From positions 8,513,224 to 8,577,223 of the forward strand of contig CAJINV010000002.1 in NCBI GenBank assembly GCA_905178155.1: a DNA stretch of 64,000 nt, in the 5' to 3' direction. Below are positions 50,629 to 62,779 of this stretch, piece by piece. Made by a program: the position numbers and the translations under genes. A model generated the notes under the pieces. The model ran no database searches. It was not told the origin of the DNA and saw only the letters and a program-made list of their open reading frames with translations. Origin of the DNA: Amoebophrya sp. A120. Its lineage: Eukaryota; Protista; Dinoflagellata. How positions within the stretch are numbered: position 1 is the stretch's first letter; every line of letters begins with the position of its first letter.

Positions 50629-51310
50629 TCTTCTGATGCTGGCGAAGCTGTGCGACGGCGAACAGATAGAGACTAGCAACAGGCACGGGACAAAAAGTTA
50701 AAACAAGACTTCGAAATCTATAAGTGACAACGCTACTTCTAATGAAAGAAAGCGATGAACTCGTGCCTCATCCTTGTCTCAGCATATATCCTTGCGCCGC
50801 CTTCTAAACCTAATCCTGAAAAGTATATGTGTCGATCTCCAACATTGCGCCTCTACTACACAGCATGTGACATTGACGACCGAGACGCTTCTCGTGGTCA
50901 ACGTCATCAAATATCAAGCTGATACCAAAACCATAGTACAGCACAGACCACCGCCGCGGAAGGCGAGACAGAACGAGAACCATTCCGCATCGAACAAAAA
51001 AACCTACATTCAGTGCGTGGACGCACCTTGAGGCGTCGACATCGAATTTTTTTTGCGCGTTTCTGTTGGTAGGAAGTCAAATTCGTGAAAGCAAAGTAGT
51101 GTATGAGCTCTGTAATTCTAAGCCGAAATCCAAATGCTATGGAAATCTAAGCGCACAACCCAATGTCACTTCGTGTCGCTGGTGACCAAGCCGGTTCTAT
51201 TTCAGGAAAAGTGCTGGCACTGAAAGTCATAAATTGCTTCAACTATCACAACTTTCAACACATGCTTCTTCCTGATAATTTCCAGCTGCAACTCGGTAAC
51301 CATCACGTTC

Positions 51311-54300
51311 TCACTTTCGTCCGTACTGCTCTCTTGCCGTGGCCGCCGCCGCTGCCGTTGCGCGGCTCAGTGTCTTCTTCATTACTCCGTCTGGCACCTG
51401 CACCGCGATCCAGGCTCCGTTTGCGGTCACGGCTCCAAAATGCAGTACGTGCTGGAGGTGGTTGCTTGCCGGGATGTTTTTCAGAACTATTCTCGACGAA
51501 GGAGCTGCAACCGCCTCCTTGTTCTGCTGCTGCAGTTTCTTCCACTTTTTGCTCAACAACAGTTTTTTTCTCTTCTTCGCCGGAAGCTGATTTATCGTGT
51601 GATCTTCGGGTTCCTCTTGTTCCGAAGCCGGCGCTTGCCCTTCGTCTTGCTCAGTTAAAACCATCATGTTTCCGCTGGAAGACCAACAAACCAGCTTATC
51701 CTGTGGCTTTTCACAACTCTTCTTGTTCCCTTGAGTGTCGTGCTCTTGTTCTCGGTCGCCATCACCTGCGGGTGGTTCTGAAACAACCTCCGCCCCTGCC
51801 GCTCCCTGTCGTCGTGCTCTATCCGCAGCTACTGCACCTGCTGCATGTGCAGATACTCCACCAGCTGCTTTGTGCTGCAAGATTCCGGAATACTTGCAGA
51901 TTCTGCTTGCCACGGCCAGCGTTTCCTCGATCTGCTCCTTGGTGGACAAGACGTTGTCGCACTTACTCTCGATCTGCATCAGATCCAGGTCGAACTTCAC
52001 AAATTGGTTGGAAGAGTAGAGACAAGAGACCGTATTTTTCGTCTCGTCGAAGACGCAATCCACCACGCTGCCCTCCATGCGCGGAACCCGGACGTGGGCG
52101 GAGCGCGTGTCCAGGTTGTATCTGTTGTATATTAGGGTGGTTCTCGCAGTTCATTTTTGATTCGGATGCGCTCAGACACTGTCTGTCATTCTTTTGGGCG
52201 ATGAGCTTGAAAATATATACACCTCCGAGCACTGCATCTTCGCATGCCGATCATTTTAATGCCGAAACCACGACCAATGCACTTGATCTTGAGCTATCGT
52301 TAGTGGAAATAAATAATAAAAACAAAAATGGAAACAGCTAAAAATACATTGTCAGCTGTTGCGACCCGTCCACCACGGCGAGCCATTCCCTGCAGGAGCG
52401 AAGCAGGGAGATTTTCGACTTCCCATTCAAGCCCCCAGTCGTGCTACTCCCCGACGGCAGTTGCCAGCGACCGACGTCGTCGCGAGTGCATTTTGCGGTC
52501 GTTTCCAAATCCAAGATCTCGAGCTTGTTCCCTCTTTTTGCGCAAACTAGATAGCGGTCGTTTGGTCCGGCAAAGCTGACCGCCGTGGAAGGAGAGTTCT
52601 CGGCGGTGAAGTGCTTCGTCAGCTTCAACTCGGCTTGGTCGACGTGAAACACGACCGTCCTCGTTGTATTTGACAAAGCGATCCACTCGCCAGACTTGGA
52701 CACCGCAGAGCAAATCAGATGACGGGTTTTGAAGTCCTGGTGTGTTGATAGAATGGCGCTTATTCATCGGGTATGATTATTTACTTATAGTTATATTTTC
52801 ATCTTCGCAGCGCCAAAACTACAACCATTTCACAAGAGAAAAACACCGTGCAGTAAAGAAGTTCATACAGTTCTTTAAGACTACGGCTCATTGGTGTATT
52901 TCTATTTTTCAAACATCATAAAGCACCTCCCTTACCTCAAGCTTGATTTCGAAGAGCTTTCTGGGTACAATTTCTGGTTGGTCCGGACAAGACTTGCACA
53001 ATGCCGTGGCTGCCTTGCTGCTTCCGCTCCTCTTGTTCGATTTCTGCGCAGTAGTTGTTCCCGCTGCAAGTAGAACACCCGCTTGTTCCGCTACAGCGCT
53101 AACCTTCTCTTCGCACTCCTTTTCTTCAAAGTCCAGATACCACACGTGGGCGACGTTGACATCCGCACAGAGCAACAAACTGCCCGAGGATTGCGAGTGC
53201 TGGTCCCCGGCTCCTGCCGAGCTGGCCGCATTTTTACCCCGGCTCGAGGAGGAGCTGGCGGAAGCCGTTGCGCTTGCGCTGGAAGAAGAAGACACACTGG
53301 TCGCTATCCTGTTTCTCGTCCAGTACTGGCCGTCGTAGGGCCCGGCCACGCGCCGCGTCGGGTTCATGTAGAATTGGAGTTGCTGCGGGTTTGCGTTGAT
53401 GTCGGTAGTGGAATTATTTCCTCCCGGATTGGATTCGTTGATCATCTGCACGCCTGTGTTCAGCTGGGTCTGGTACAGACTTCCGTTCCCGCCACCGTAA
53501 ACCAAGCTGTTGCTCTTCCCGATGAAGACCATCGAATTCAACCCGTGCCGGCAGTCCGGCGGGAAGTAGGCTGTCCCGACGATGTACTTCAGCAGATTCG
53601 TCTTCAAGCACTCCTCGGGGTCTTGCAACACGTAGGATTGCACCTTGTTGTCCAGACCGGCCGAAAAAACGGTCTTCTGGATGTGCGATGCGGTGGTGGT
53701 GCTACAACTTCCGCGGAAATTCGTATTCAGAGCCACCGCAGAAACCTCGGAATCGTGTTTCTTGAACTGCTGAATCAAAACACACTGCTTCGCGTCGTAG
53801 AAGGACACTTGGCCGAGAGAATCGCCACAAGCGAAAGTGGTATCGTCGATTCGGCACATACAGCTAATGATGGCGAGACCTGTTTGGTTTGATTTTGTTT
53901 GTAGTGACATGATGTTGGACAACAAGAAATCTGAACACGCAATCACAGTGTAAATTGATGCTCCCGCATCATTCAATATGCTAACGAAAAAAAAAGAGCG
54001 CAAAGCAACAACTTACCTTGGGTTTTTTTCCTTTTCGCGGATTCGTCCGGTAGGTTGACTCGCATCACGCCGGCGGACACAAATCTCCCCGTGGCGGAAT
54101 CTTTTGTCCATTTCGACACTTTGCCGACTGTGTCTCCAACTAACACCACACTTCCGTTTTGCAAAACGCAATGGCTGCTGGCGTGGTATCCTATGTAAAA
54201 ACGTACCCACACCAGAGTCAGGATGGGGAATCTGCTAGACAAATCAGCCAGCTTTGGTTGTTTGGCATGACAAGTTTGTCCGCGTAGTGTAGTGCTGTTT

Positions 54301-56251
54301 GAGCTAGTTTAGCAGCATTACAGATCTAGTATCTCGTGCTGATTGGAGCATGGCAAATTTCAAAACGGCATTAGAAAATGCTTCTCATGGGGCTCCGCAT
54401 GAGAAACATTTTAAGCATGCAGAGCTGCATGACAACTATGGTGTGGGTACGTTTTTACTCAGGATACGTGGGGCGCTTTCTTCTTGGTTTTCACTTGACT
54501 GTTCAGCGACTGGGAAATATTGTAAGGAAAAATCCCCCCTCCCCATATCGAAAACGAAATTTCTGATGCTGTATTTGAGGTCACAAATCGACTTGTAATG
54601 CTAGAAGGCCAAGAGCCGCAGTCGTGGCCTCGTTTGCAGGCAATTTGTCTTGCTGTTTCCCGCTCTCAGCTGCCTCCTATCATGCTGAAGATGCAAGGCT
54701 TGACCACGGCGCCCAGCACTACAGTCCGCATCTTTTCCCGTGTAGCATGACAAAACTGATTTGTGACAACAAATCTGCATCACAGATTTCCGTTTTGATA
54801 TGGGGAGGGGGAATTTTTCCTTTTGATAGGAAAGCGAAAAGTCGTTCTGCTGCTCGTCGCGACGGAAAACCTGTTCATTTTTGATGAAGAAGTGTTTCGA
54901 TCATTGATTATTCTAGGCCCCATAATTTCAACTGTTTTTCTAAAACGATAACGAGGTCAAACACATCAAAAAGGTGTAAGTATGTTGTGCAGCTATTGTG
55001 TGATCATATCCACGACCATCTAGACCATCATACCTTCAAGCAGCCGTCGTCGCAGGTCAAGAGCAGAAAGTCCTGCGCTGCCACGTACGACATGCTCCAG
55101 ACGGCCCCACCAAAACTGTCGGAGGAAAACACAATCTCGCCGGAATCTACATCATAGCAGTGAAACTTGGCGTGATTTCCTGCGACAAACAGGTAGTAGT
55201 CGTTCGGCTTCATCTGCGAGATTTCTTGCGAAGAAGTGGTCGCTGCAGAGGACGTCGTTGACTCCTTTCCGGTACTAACTGTGGCCTTTTTCGATGTTGA
55301 AACTTCGTCGCCCTTTCTTGACAGCGCTTTATTCATTTTGTCAGTGTTTTTACTGGTCTTCTTCTCGGGTTCGTCGTCACTGGACTCGTCGGACGACGAG
55401 TTTGAGTCGTTGTCCGCGCGACCGTTACTGCTTGTACTTGCAACGACACTTGGAACCTTGGGCACCCAGGCAAAGCAGCGCGCCTGGTCCTTAATCGACG
55501 GCAGATAGAGGACCGTTCGGACAAACTGGAACTCATCACGGATTTCCACGACCCCATTCGCCCTCCCGACGGCAGTCAAAGTCCCCTCTGGATGCAGCTC
55601 AATCCCTTCCACGGAAAGCGGCTTGGGCTCCCACACTCGGCAGGCGATAATGGGTTTTCTTCTAGCTGCGGTCATCGTTGGGGTCAGTTCAGCCTGGGTC
55701 GTGGCCGCGGGGGCATCTTCTGCAACAGAAACGGTTTTCGACGATTGCACAGCCACTGTATTAACCACCTTCTTCGGGGATGAACTGACGGACTTCCGCC
55801 GCTTCAGAGTTGCAGCGGCAGCAGCCGCTGACTCGACCCCCGCTTCGTGCGTTTGGTCCTCTGTAAAGGAAGTCTTTTCCGCCAGTGCCCTTTCCGATTT
55901 TGGTGTGCAACTGCTATCGTCCTCACCATCGTCGAAGATGTCGTCGACTACCAACTCCTCTGCAGGAAGAACTTCATCATCGTCTTCTACATTCTCCTCT
56001 ACTTCTTCTACGTCGTCCGACGAGGCAATGGTAGCCTTGTCCTCTTGCAGATCGAGCTCTTCCCCTGTTTGGCTGTCCTTCTCCGAGACGACATCGTTGC
56101 TCTGGCTCTTTCCGGATGGGGATGGAGAGGATTCTTCCGAACTCTGCGTCTTCCCCGATGGCGAAGAAGCGGAACTGGAATTGCGCTTGCTGCTCGAGGA
56201 GGCCTTGCTGCCCTTCTTCTTGATAATTTTTGGCATCATCTTCTCATTCAT
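51311..56251 (-). CDS. UTP4: U3 snoRNP WD40 protein UTP4/cirhin-like (~1204 aa, 7 exons)
   Basis: TAVGRANGVVEI, SDSFGGAVWSM, LTCDDGCLK, CGDSLGQVSFYD, QQFKKHDSEV and VFSAGLD. GT-AG introns 54871-55033, 53880-54016, 52737-52935 and 52122-52347, plus two TIR introns. Spliced length is divisible by 3. Confidence 0.85.
54187..54466. mobile_element. TIR introner IE9 (285-nt non-canonical intron)
   Basis: Direct repeat CGTGG at 54182-54186 and 54467-54471. TIR TATCCT(AT/GA)GTAAAAACGTACCCACACCA(G/T)AGT. Two GCATGACAA motifs. Confidence 0.94.
54518..54828. mobile_element. TIR introner IE10 (316-nt non-canonical intron)
   Basis: Direct repeat GGAAA at 54513-54517 and 54829-54833. Imperfect TIR of about 70 bp, TATTGTAAGGAAAAATCCCCCCTCCCCATATC vs TATCAAAAGGAAAAATTCCCCCTCCCATATC. 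Confidence 0.93.
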
Positions 56252-57615
56252 GGTTTCTCGGATTAGAAACGATTATGGAGGTTTTGTTCGATGCAATGTT
56301 AGAGGAAAATACGATCAAGGGGACAAATCAATAGATAAATGGAGGAAACACGACAAACAACTCTTGTGACATAGCAGCAATGCATGACTAAGACTACAAT
56401 TCAGATTCATGAACCCGTATGCTGTTACTGTTTAGCGAGTCATCTCTAATATTTTGCTTTTATTATGCATAGGTAGCCTCAAGCTCAACAATTCCATCCA
56501 AAAGATAATGGCTGGCTTTTTATTGTTTGCATTTTTGATCAAAGATGCCAGAAGCAAGTCAAGTGTTGTAGTGGATCAAAAACAAGATACTTATGTGGCG
56601 ATCACTCTCGTCATGTTGGGATTATCAGTGAAGATCTGTCCATTTCTTCATGTTCATCACCATTCTTTTGCGTGCGTTTTTCGTGCATTCCGAACGACAT
56701 CCGCTTACGAGGATCTTTCAAGCGACATCAACATGCTCTGGTTTCATGGATCATTCATTTTTTCTTTACGAGGACATGATTCGGAGCTTTCCCTTGGGCT
56801 CATTTGGATCTTGCAATTATCTTCATCACAACTAGGAGGTTATCCACAGCTGCTAACTTCTACCAGTTCAACTAAACACGAACGCTGTCCGCATGATAAT
56901 CTTCATCATCATTCTTCTTCATATGCTTTGCATAGCCATCGATCTCGCAAACACTGGGATGATGTAGTGCTCAAAACCGATGCAATAGGATCCATGTGCC
57001 TATGCGCACCGGTCTATGACGAGGACTATTTCATTGGCATCCAACCGGACCGCTGCCACTTCGACGTCGGCGAAATGAGAATTCATTAAACATCAAGAGT
57101 GAAGTGCAAGTGACTCTCTCTGTCTACTCTGGTACTGGTTCTCGTTCATTTGTAGAAGTGTTTTTGTCAGAAAGTAGTGCTTGAGTGGCAACAAGGCGGT
57201 TGTATCGTCCCACTCGCCTACAAAGCCACCATCAACTACAACGTCTGCCGCCGTGCATTAGTAACTTACCCGAAACCAGAAAGAGAAACAGGACAAATTC
57301 GAATTCTTCACCAACAACTTCTAGATAGGTACTTATATCTCTATCTGAAGATTTTGACCTTTGCATTTCGCAGAAACTTTGCGGAGTAAAATTTTATCAA
57401 AATCATGACAACATCTGAGAAACAGGAATGAGTCAGCAGAAATAAAGGTAGTACCTATTTATTGCATATGCATTCATAGATAGAAACCAAAATGCTGTAT
57501 CGTCCATCGAATCGATTTTTTGTTCTTTTCGCAGACAACAAAATGTTGAGAAAGAGTGCTAGCTCGTTGGACTTCCAGTGAAGTAGAGCACAGTCACGAC
57601 GACTTTGGTACTACC

Positions 57616-59435
57616 TTACACCATCACATACTGCCTCCGCGTGGTTGTGGTGTACCCTGCCGCGGCACCCCCTCTGCCCGCTCCGTAGTAATAATTTCCA
57701 CCACCTCCGGCCACTCCGTACCCATACGGCCGCCCACCGGTGCCACCAGAAATCAGATTTTGCTGCAACCGCTGGTAGTTGGGTTTTCCCGTCGCCGTGT
57801 AGTACGGATATTGCTCCTTTTCGCTGCTGCTCAGGCTCGAATCTGCGGAATCCTCGCCCTCGGACGAGTTCGAAGTGAGGGACTGATCCAGCAACGCACT
57901 GGTCGAGCCGTTTGCCAGGGCCTCAAAGTTGTTTCGCCGGCACGCTTTCTCGATCACGGATTTGGTGCTGTACACCATGGCGAAACTCATCGCGGCCAGC
58001 ACGGTGCACCCGAGTAAAACGGAGAAGCCCATGCCGAAGGAGACGCGGCAGCCGGGCGACTCGACGATGGTACGGTACCCGGTGAGCACCATGTACATAA
58101 TCAGCAGCATGTTGCCGATCAAGCACACCGTCGTCCCGCCGGCCGCCAGCTGCAGAATCGACCAATTCAGGTCGAACACGAGGTAGTTTGTGGTGGTCTT
58201 GTACCCGTAGCCGTTTTTGCTCTTGTTCTGCTCCCGTTTTTTCGTGTACAGGTACAAAATAACGAAGCCAACGGTGAAAAAGGTGGCGAGGAACAGCAAC
58301 GTGCCCACACCGAACGCGGAAAGCATCAGCTCTGGTGTTGGGGACGGAGCAATTGATTTCGGGCAAAACAGAGAAAAACACAAACAGCGTGCACCTCCAG
58401 CCTCCTTCATAGAGACAAAGAGTAGGTCATGATTTTCAAGATGTAAAGATGTGTCACAAGAAAGAAGACTTTACCTCTCTCCCATCCCTGACTGCCGAAG
58501 TACGTCTTAAAATTCCACAGCTTGGCCCGGTTGCTGTTGGGGTCGAAGGCCGCCAGCTGCCACTGGCCCACGAAGAGCCACTGCCCCTGCGTGAACGTAG
58601 AGGAGACAAAGACGAAGCCCCAGTCGATCTTCTGGGCGTGGTTCAACACTCGGTCGGTCAGAATCGGGCAGCCGTCTTGTGAAGCGATTGTTGACGCGAG
58701 GAACACCCAGAGCAGAACCGGGATTTGCAAAACCGAGACATACCAGAGGGTTTTCCGGGTTCGGATAGCCAGCCGCTCCAGCTTCGATAGTGTCTGGCTC
58801 GCGGACTTGCTCAACTTCGAGGTTGATGCTGGCAACGTGTAGTTTCGACCTCGGCTATGGCTGGCGCTGCCCACGGCTCCTGTACCACGGGCCGTCGTAC
58901 CCGCAGCTCCGCCGAACCGCCCAGAGCGGTGTTGGCCGGTGTACTTGTGTTGCTGCAGCTGTTTAGAAGTCGCGGTATCGTAGCCTCGTCCGTTGATGTA
59001 ATCGCCACTTTTGTATCGTTGTTGACCGCAATGCAGATCATCGTAGTTGTTGTACGCGAATTCTTGTTCGCTGTAAGAAGATCCCTCCTGAGCCTGACTG
59101 TCGTAAACAGAGCCCGAGCTCTGTTCTGAATAGTACCGCGGGTCAAGGTGGTTTTCAACAGCCTGCTGTTTCTTACTTCCGCTGTTTCTTGATCTCTTCT
59201 GAGAAATCGACTTTCTTCTGTGGCCGCCACCAGATTTGTCCCTTTGTCTGGTCGAAGTTGAGCCTCCTCCCGAGGATTTGTTCTGCCTCGACCCGCTGCT
59301 CCGCGCTCGACGAGAGGTTTGTTTCTGGTTGTATCTCTCCGCGCGGCTAGTAGCGTGGTAGGTCGAGCTCCGCCGCCGCCGCGAGGATGAAGCTCTGGAA
59401 CTGGTGCGCCCAGAGCGGCGCTTCGTCTTCTTCAT
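57616..59435 (-). CDS. Multi-pass membrane protein with basic R/S-rich N-terminus (~558 aa)
   Basis: Two ORFs joined in frame by GT-AG intron 58332-58474; about four hydrophobic segments; family not recognised. Confidence 0.7.
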
Positions 59436-60356
59436 CCAGCAGGCGAATTATCCTCCTCAGGGTGAGGGTCAGTTCTTGCACAGAGCTCGTCCTTCGACGG
59501 GATATGTTTGTTGATGACTATAGCAATGCAACCGAACAAGTTATTTCAGTCCTCGTCACGATGATGTCCTCATCCCTCTCTTTTTGGCGTGATCGATCGC
59601 CGAATCTTCACAAAAGGCAAAAAAAATGCTTAACAAAATAGGCACACGCGCTTCAAGCGTGCCCAAAATCCATACGACCCGCAAGGAACCACACGACGCC
59701 GCAAAGCAATCCCAAGAACAACACGAAAATCAATCAGCGTAGACCACGACGAAACAAAACTAGAGACGCAATACTTTATCAAAATGGGAAACACAACATT
59801 CATCTGCAGCCGCAGGAGCGTATTTCAATTTCTGGCCTCTTGGCCAGAAAAGGAAAACCCTGCTAACCCTAACGTAATCAAAATCATGATGAGCTGAAAA
59901 ACAAAAAAATCATCAATGAATTCGATTCACATTATTTTTACTCAATACGTGGTTTTTCAATTGCGCCGTCCGGTGTGGGAGGCAGGAGGAAAAAAGACTT
60001 CAGCTCGACATCTGAGTGGGGTCACACTCACTCGGGAATTGGCATTGGGGGACATAATTAATTGATCCGAAACTTCTATGCAAATGCATACTAGGTTTTT
60101 ATTAATTCACGTTCGGATGCTGTATGTTAATAGCAACCACTACCTAAGAGTACGGCGCCGGCGCAGTTTTAATCAGCTACCTGCACGGAATTCGTGTTCG
60201 GTATCCATGTCAGTTGTTCCTTTGACGTGCCATACATAGCATTTTTCTGCAATTATTGTGGTCATGCAGTTTACCAGGACCGCGCTTTCTCGCCCAAGGA
60301 AGCCCTGCTTTTCTTTCTTTCATCTATCGGCACGGACTTCATGGCTCTGGCTCAGC

Positions 60357-61868
60357 TTAAGCAGTACGGCGAAGGAGCACCCGTTTGACATCTTCTATTT
60401 TCGCACCTAGCGTCTCCTTGATTTCCTTCGGTTCGACAATCGCTTGCACCTTCTGTGCTAGTTTGTCCAAAACTTTCACCACGAACATCTTCTTCGACAC
60501 GAGGACGTAGTCGCCAAAGAAAGACACCAGTATCGGGTCCTCTGGCGCACCTCCGGGGCTATCTGCATGCAGATGCACTCCCACTCCAGCTTTTGCATGC
60601 ATGGTGCTCAGCCAAGCCTTGGTAAAGACTCCGTGCCGGTTTAGCGGGAGCGCGTCTGTCTGAAGCTCAGCAGGGGCCTCCGAATAACGATCCTCTGGGT
60701 CCGGGATCAGAATGCCATACGACAAGCCCTTCTCACCTTCGGGGCGCACAGATAAAACTTTCTCAACAATTTGCAGAGCGTGATTTGCAGCGATGCGCCC
60801 AGAAAGAATGTCTTCAGTCGTCTGGTCTTCCGTCTGCTCCTGCTTGCTACGTTTCTCCACAGCAAAGTCCACAAATTTGCCAAGTTTGGAGCCCATATCG
60901 CCCAGAAACTGTTTCTGAGCAAAGAAGCAAATTTGCCTCGGCGTAGAGCCAGCAGCCGTCAACTGGCTGTGCGCCGAGGCAATCGTGGCAGCAACATCAA
61001 CCATCCTGTAGTAAATAGGCGGAATCCGACTGACGGCCCTCCCGCTCTGCATCAAAGGCCAGGCTTGCCAAACATAGTAGTAATCGGTTACTGCAACTTT
61101 TTCGTCTTTTCCTTCAATCCTTCGTCTTTCTTTTCCGACTATTTCTCCGTCTTTCGTGAGTTCTTTCAGCTTCTCGTCCGCTTCGCTCTTGATGACCGAA
61201 AGCTCGTCGCCCCCTCGTGGTGCAACCGGCCTCGGCACAGCACGACCAGGAGGCCCGGACCGCGACGGGTGCCGCTGGTAACGATTTCTTGCTAGCTCCG
61301 TTGCATCTGGAATGCCACGCGCTGTCACCTTCTTGAAAAGGCCAGTAGCCTCATCAAACGAACCATATTCGCTGAAAGAAGGTAAACTGCTGCTCCTGGT
61401 ATCGCCATTCCCTTGCCCGGGTGCAGAAGTCTGCCCATGGTGCGTCTGATCCTGCATGTCTTTCTGTGAGGGTTTGCCCGCCCGAGACTGCCGAGACGGA
61501 TACCGGCGAGACGCAGACCGCCGGGGCTGCGGTCCAGACGGCAAGGGAGACGGTGCCGCTGGCGAACGGTCTTCAAGTGCACCCCCGTCCTCTTCGCCAT
61601 CCACCGAAGGAAATGAAGGAAGACTAGAAAACACCTCGCTGCCAAATGAAGGAAGGCTAGACTCCTGGCTGCGCATCGATGGTTTTTTTTGTGTCCTCCT
61701 TGCAGATCGCGATCGTCCGGCGGTGCGGCTTTCACGCTTTCTTTCATCCTGCTCCGGTCCATTTGATACTGAAGCTGGTGCGCCAAGAGAATAAATACTC
61801 CTCGCTCCATGCACCAACTCGACGAAGCCTTTCGCCAGCACAACAGCCAAAAGGGAACTGATCCTCAT
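60357..61868 (-). CDS. Hypothetical secreted protein (503 aa)
   Basis: Intronless ORF. Signal-peptide-like MRISSLLAVVLAKGFVELVHG, disordered N-half with SLPSF repeats, globular-looking C-half. Confidence 0.75.
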   Translation of the reverse strand: MRISSLLAVVLAKGFVELVHGARSIYSLGAPASVSNGPEQDERKRESRTAGRSRSARRTQKKPSMRSQESSLPSFGSEVFSSLPSFPSVDGEEDGGALEDRSPAAPSPLPSGPQPRRSASRRYPSRQSRAGKPSQKDMQDQTHHGQTSAPGQGNGDTRSSSLPSFSEYGSFDEATGLFKKVTARGIPDATELARNRYQRHPSRSGPPGRAVPRPVAPRGGDELSVIKSEADEKLKELTKDGEIVGKERRRIEGKDEKVAVTDYYYVWQAWPLMQSGRAVSRIPPIYYRMVDVAATIASAHSQLTAAGSTPRQICFFAQKQFLGDMGSKLGKFVDFAVEKRSKQEQTEDQTTEDILSGRIAANHALQIVEKVLSVRPEGEKGLSYGILIPDPEDRYSEAPAELQTDALPLNRHGVFTKAWLSTMHAKAGVGVHLHADSPGGAPEDPILVSFFGDYVLVSKKMFVVKVLDKLAQKVQAIVEPKEIKETLGAKIEDVKRVLLRRTA

Positions 61869-61970
61869 TCTGCCGAGCGATGGAGATCGAAATACACTGA
61901 ACCTATCTCCCGCAACGGTGGGGTTCTCTTCCGATAATGCAATACTAATGAAAACAGGTACTGCTACTGG

Positions 61971-62779
61971 TATGAGGTCCTCAGATGTGAAATTTGAAAA
62001 AAATCGAAAAAAAAATCTAGCTACTTTAGGTAATTTATCATCTATCTCATGAACTAGCTAGCTCAGGTAGGGCGGTTTCGTGGTCTCGGTGTCTTGTCGG
62101 ATATTGCCCTAAGGTGTATTTCTGCTTCCCCAGGGTCGGGAGTGTGTCCACCGCATACAGATGCCCCTTCTGCCACCGTCTTTGCTGCAGTGGGTGAGGT
62201 TTTCAGCTGTGTTTTCGCTTTTCATATCATAAAGCATGGCAGCGGGCATGACACGGAATCTTTGGGGAGCCGAGAAGACGGGGTCCCTCCGGTCGACCAA
62301 AAGTGGTCTTTCGGGGGGGCCCTCGGGGGGGCCTTTCTATCTGAGGACGAAATCTGCAAAATCGGCGTGTGCCACCGGTGCAAAAATCCTGTGAGAGCCC
62401 AAAAATGGGCACTCGGGTTGGCCCGGAGGTGGGGGGGTAAGGGCCCCCCCCCCCGGGCCTTATCAGCTGAGGACGAAAATGCAAAAACTCAAGCATACCA
62501 TGGTGACTAAAGTTTTACCGCGACACAAAAAAATTAATATACGATATTGCAAAGCCGCAGGCGCAATTTTGTGCCCGAAATCCGAAACCATTTCGGACAC
62601 GTGTTCCCGCCCGATATCACCATGTTGGTCCCGCCCGATATCACCATGCCTGCTCGCAGCCGGGGACCTCGAAACCGCTCCACCTTAGCTAGCTACTGAA
62701 TTATATAGTTATTTATGCATGGAAACTAGCTGGCTTTTTTTTTGGAAAAATTTGAAACTTCACATCTGAGGACCTCATA
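61971..62779. mobile_element. Intergenic non-autonomous DNA transposon (809 bp), same design as the introners
   Basis: Perfect 21-bp TIR TATGAGGTCCTCAGATGTGAA that continues imperfectly. TSD ACTGG at 61966-61970 and 62780-62784. Internal GCATGACA near 62247. No transposase ORF. Confidence 0.95.

Noticed and set aside
54601-54783. Short ORFs inside introners (also 54350..54598, 39575..39805, 62094..62510)
   Set aside because: They lie wholly or largely within TIR elements and show no protein-family features.
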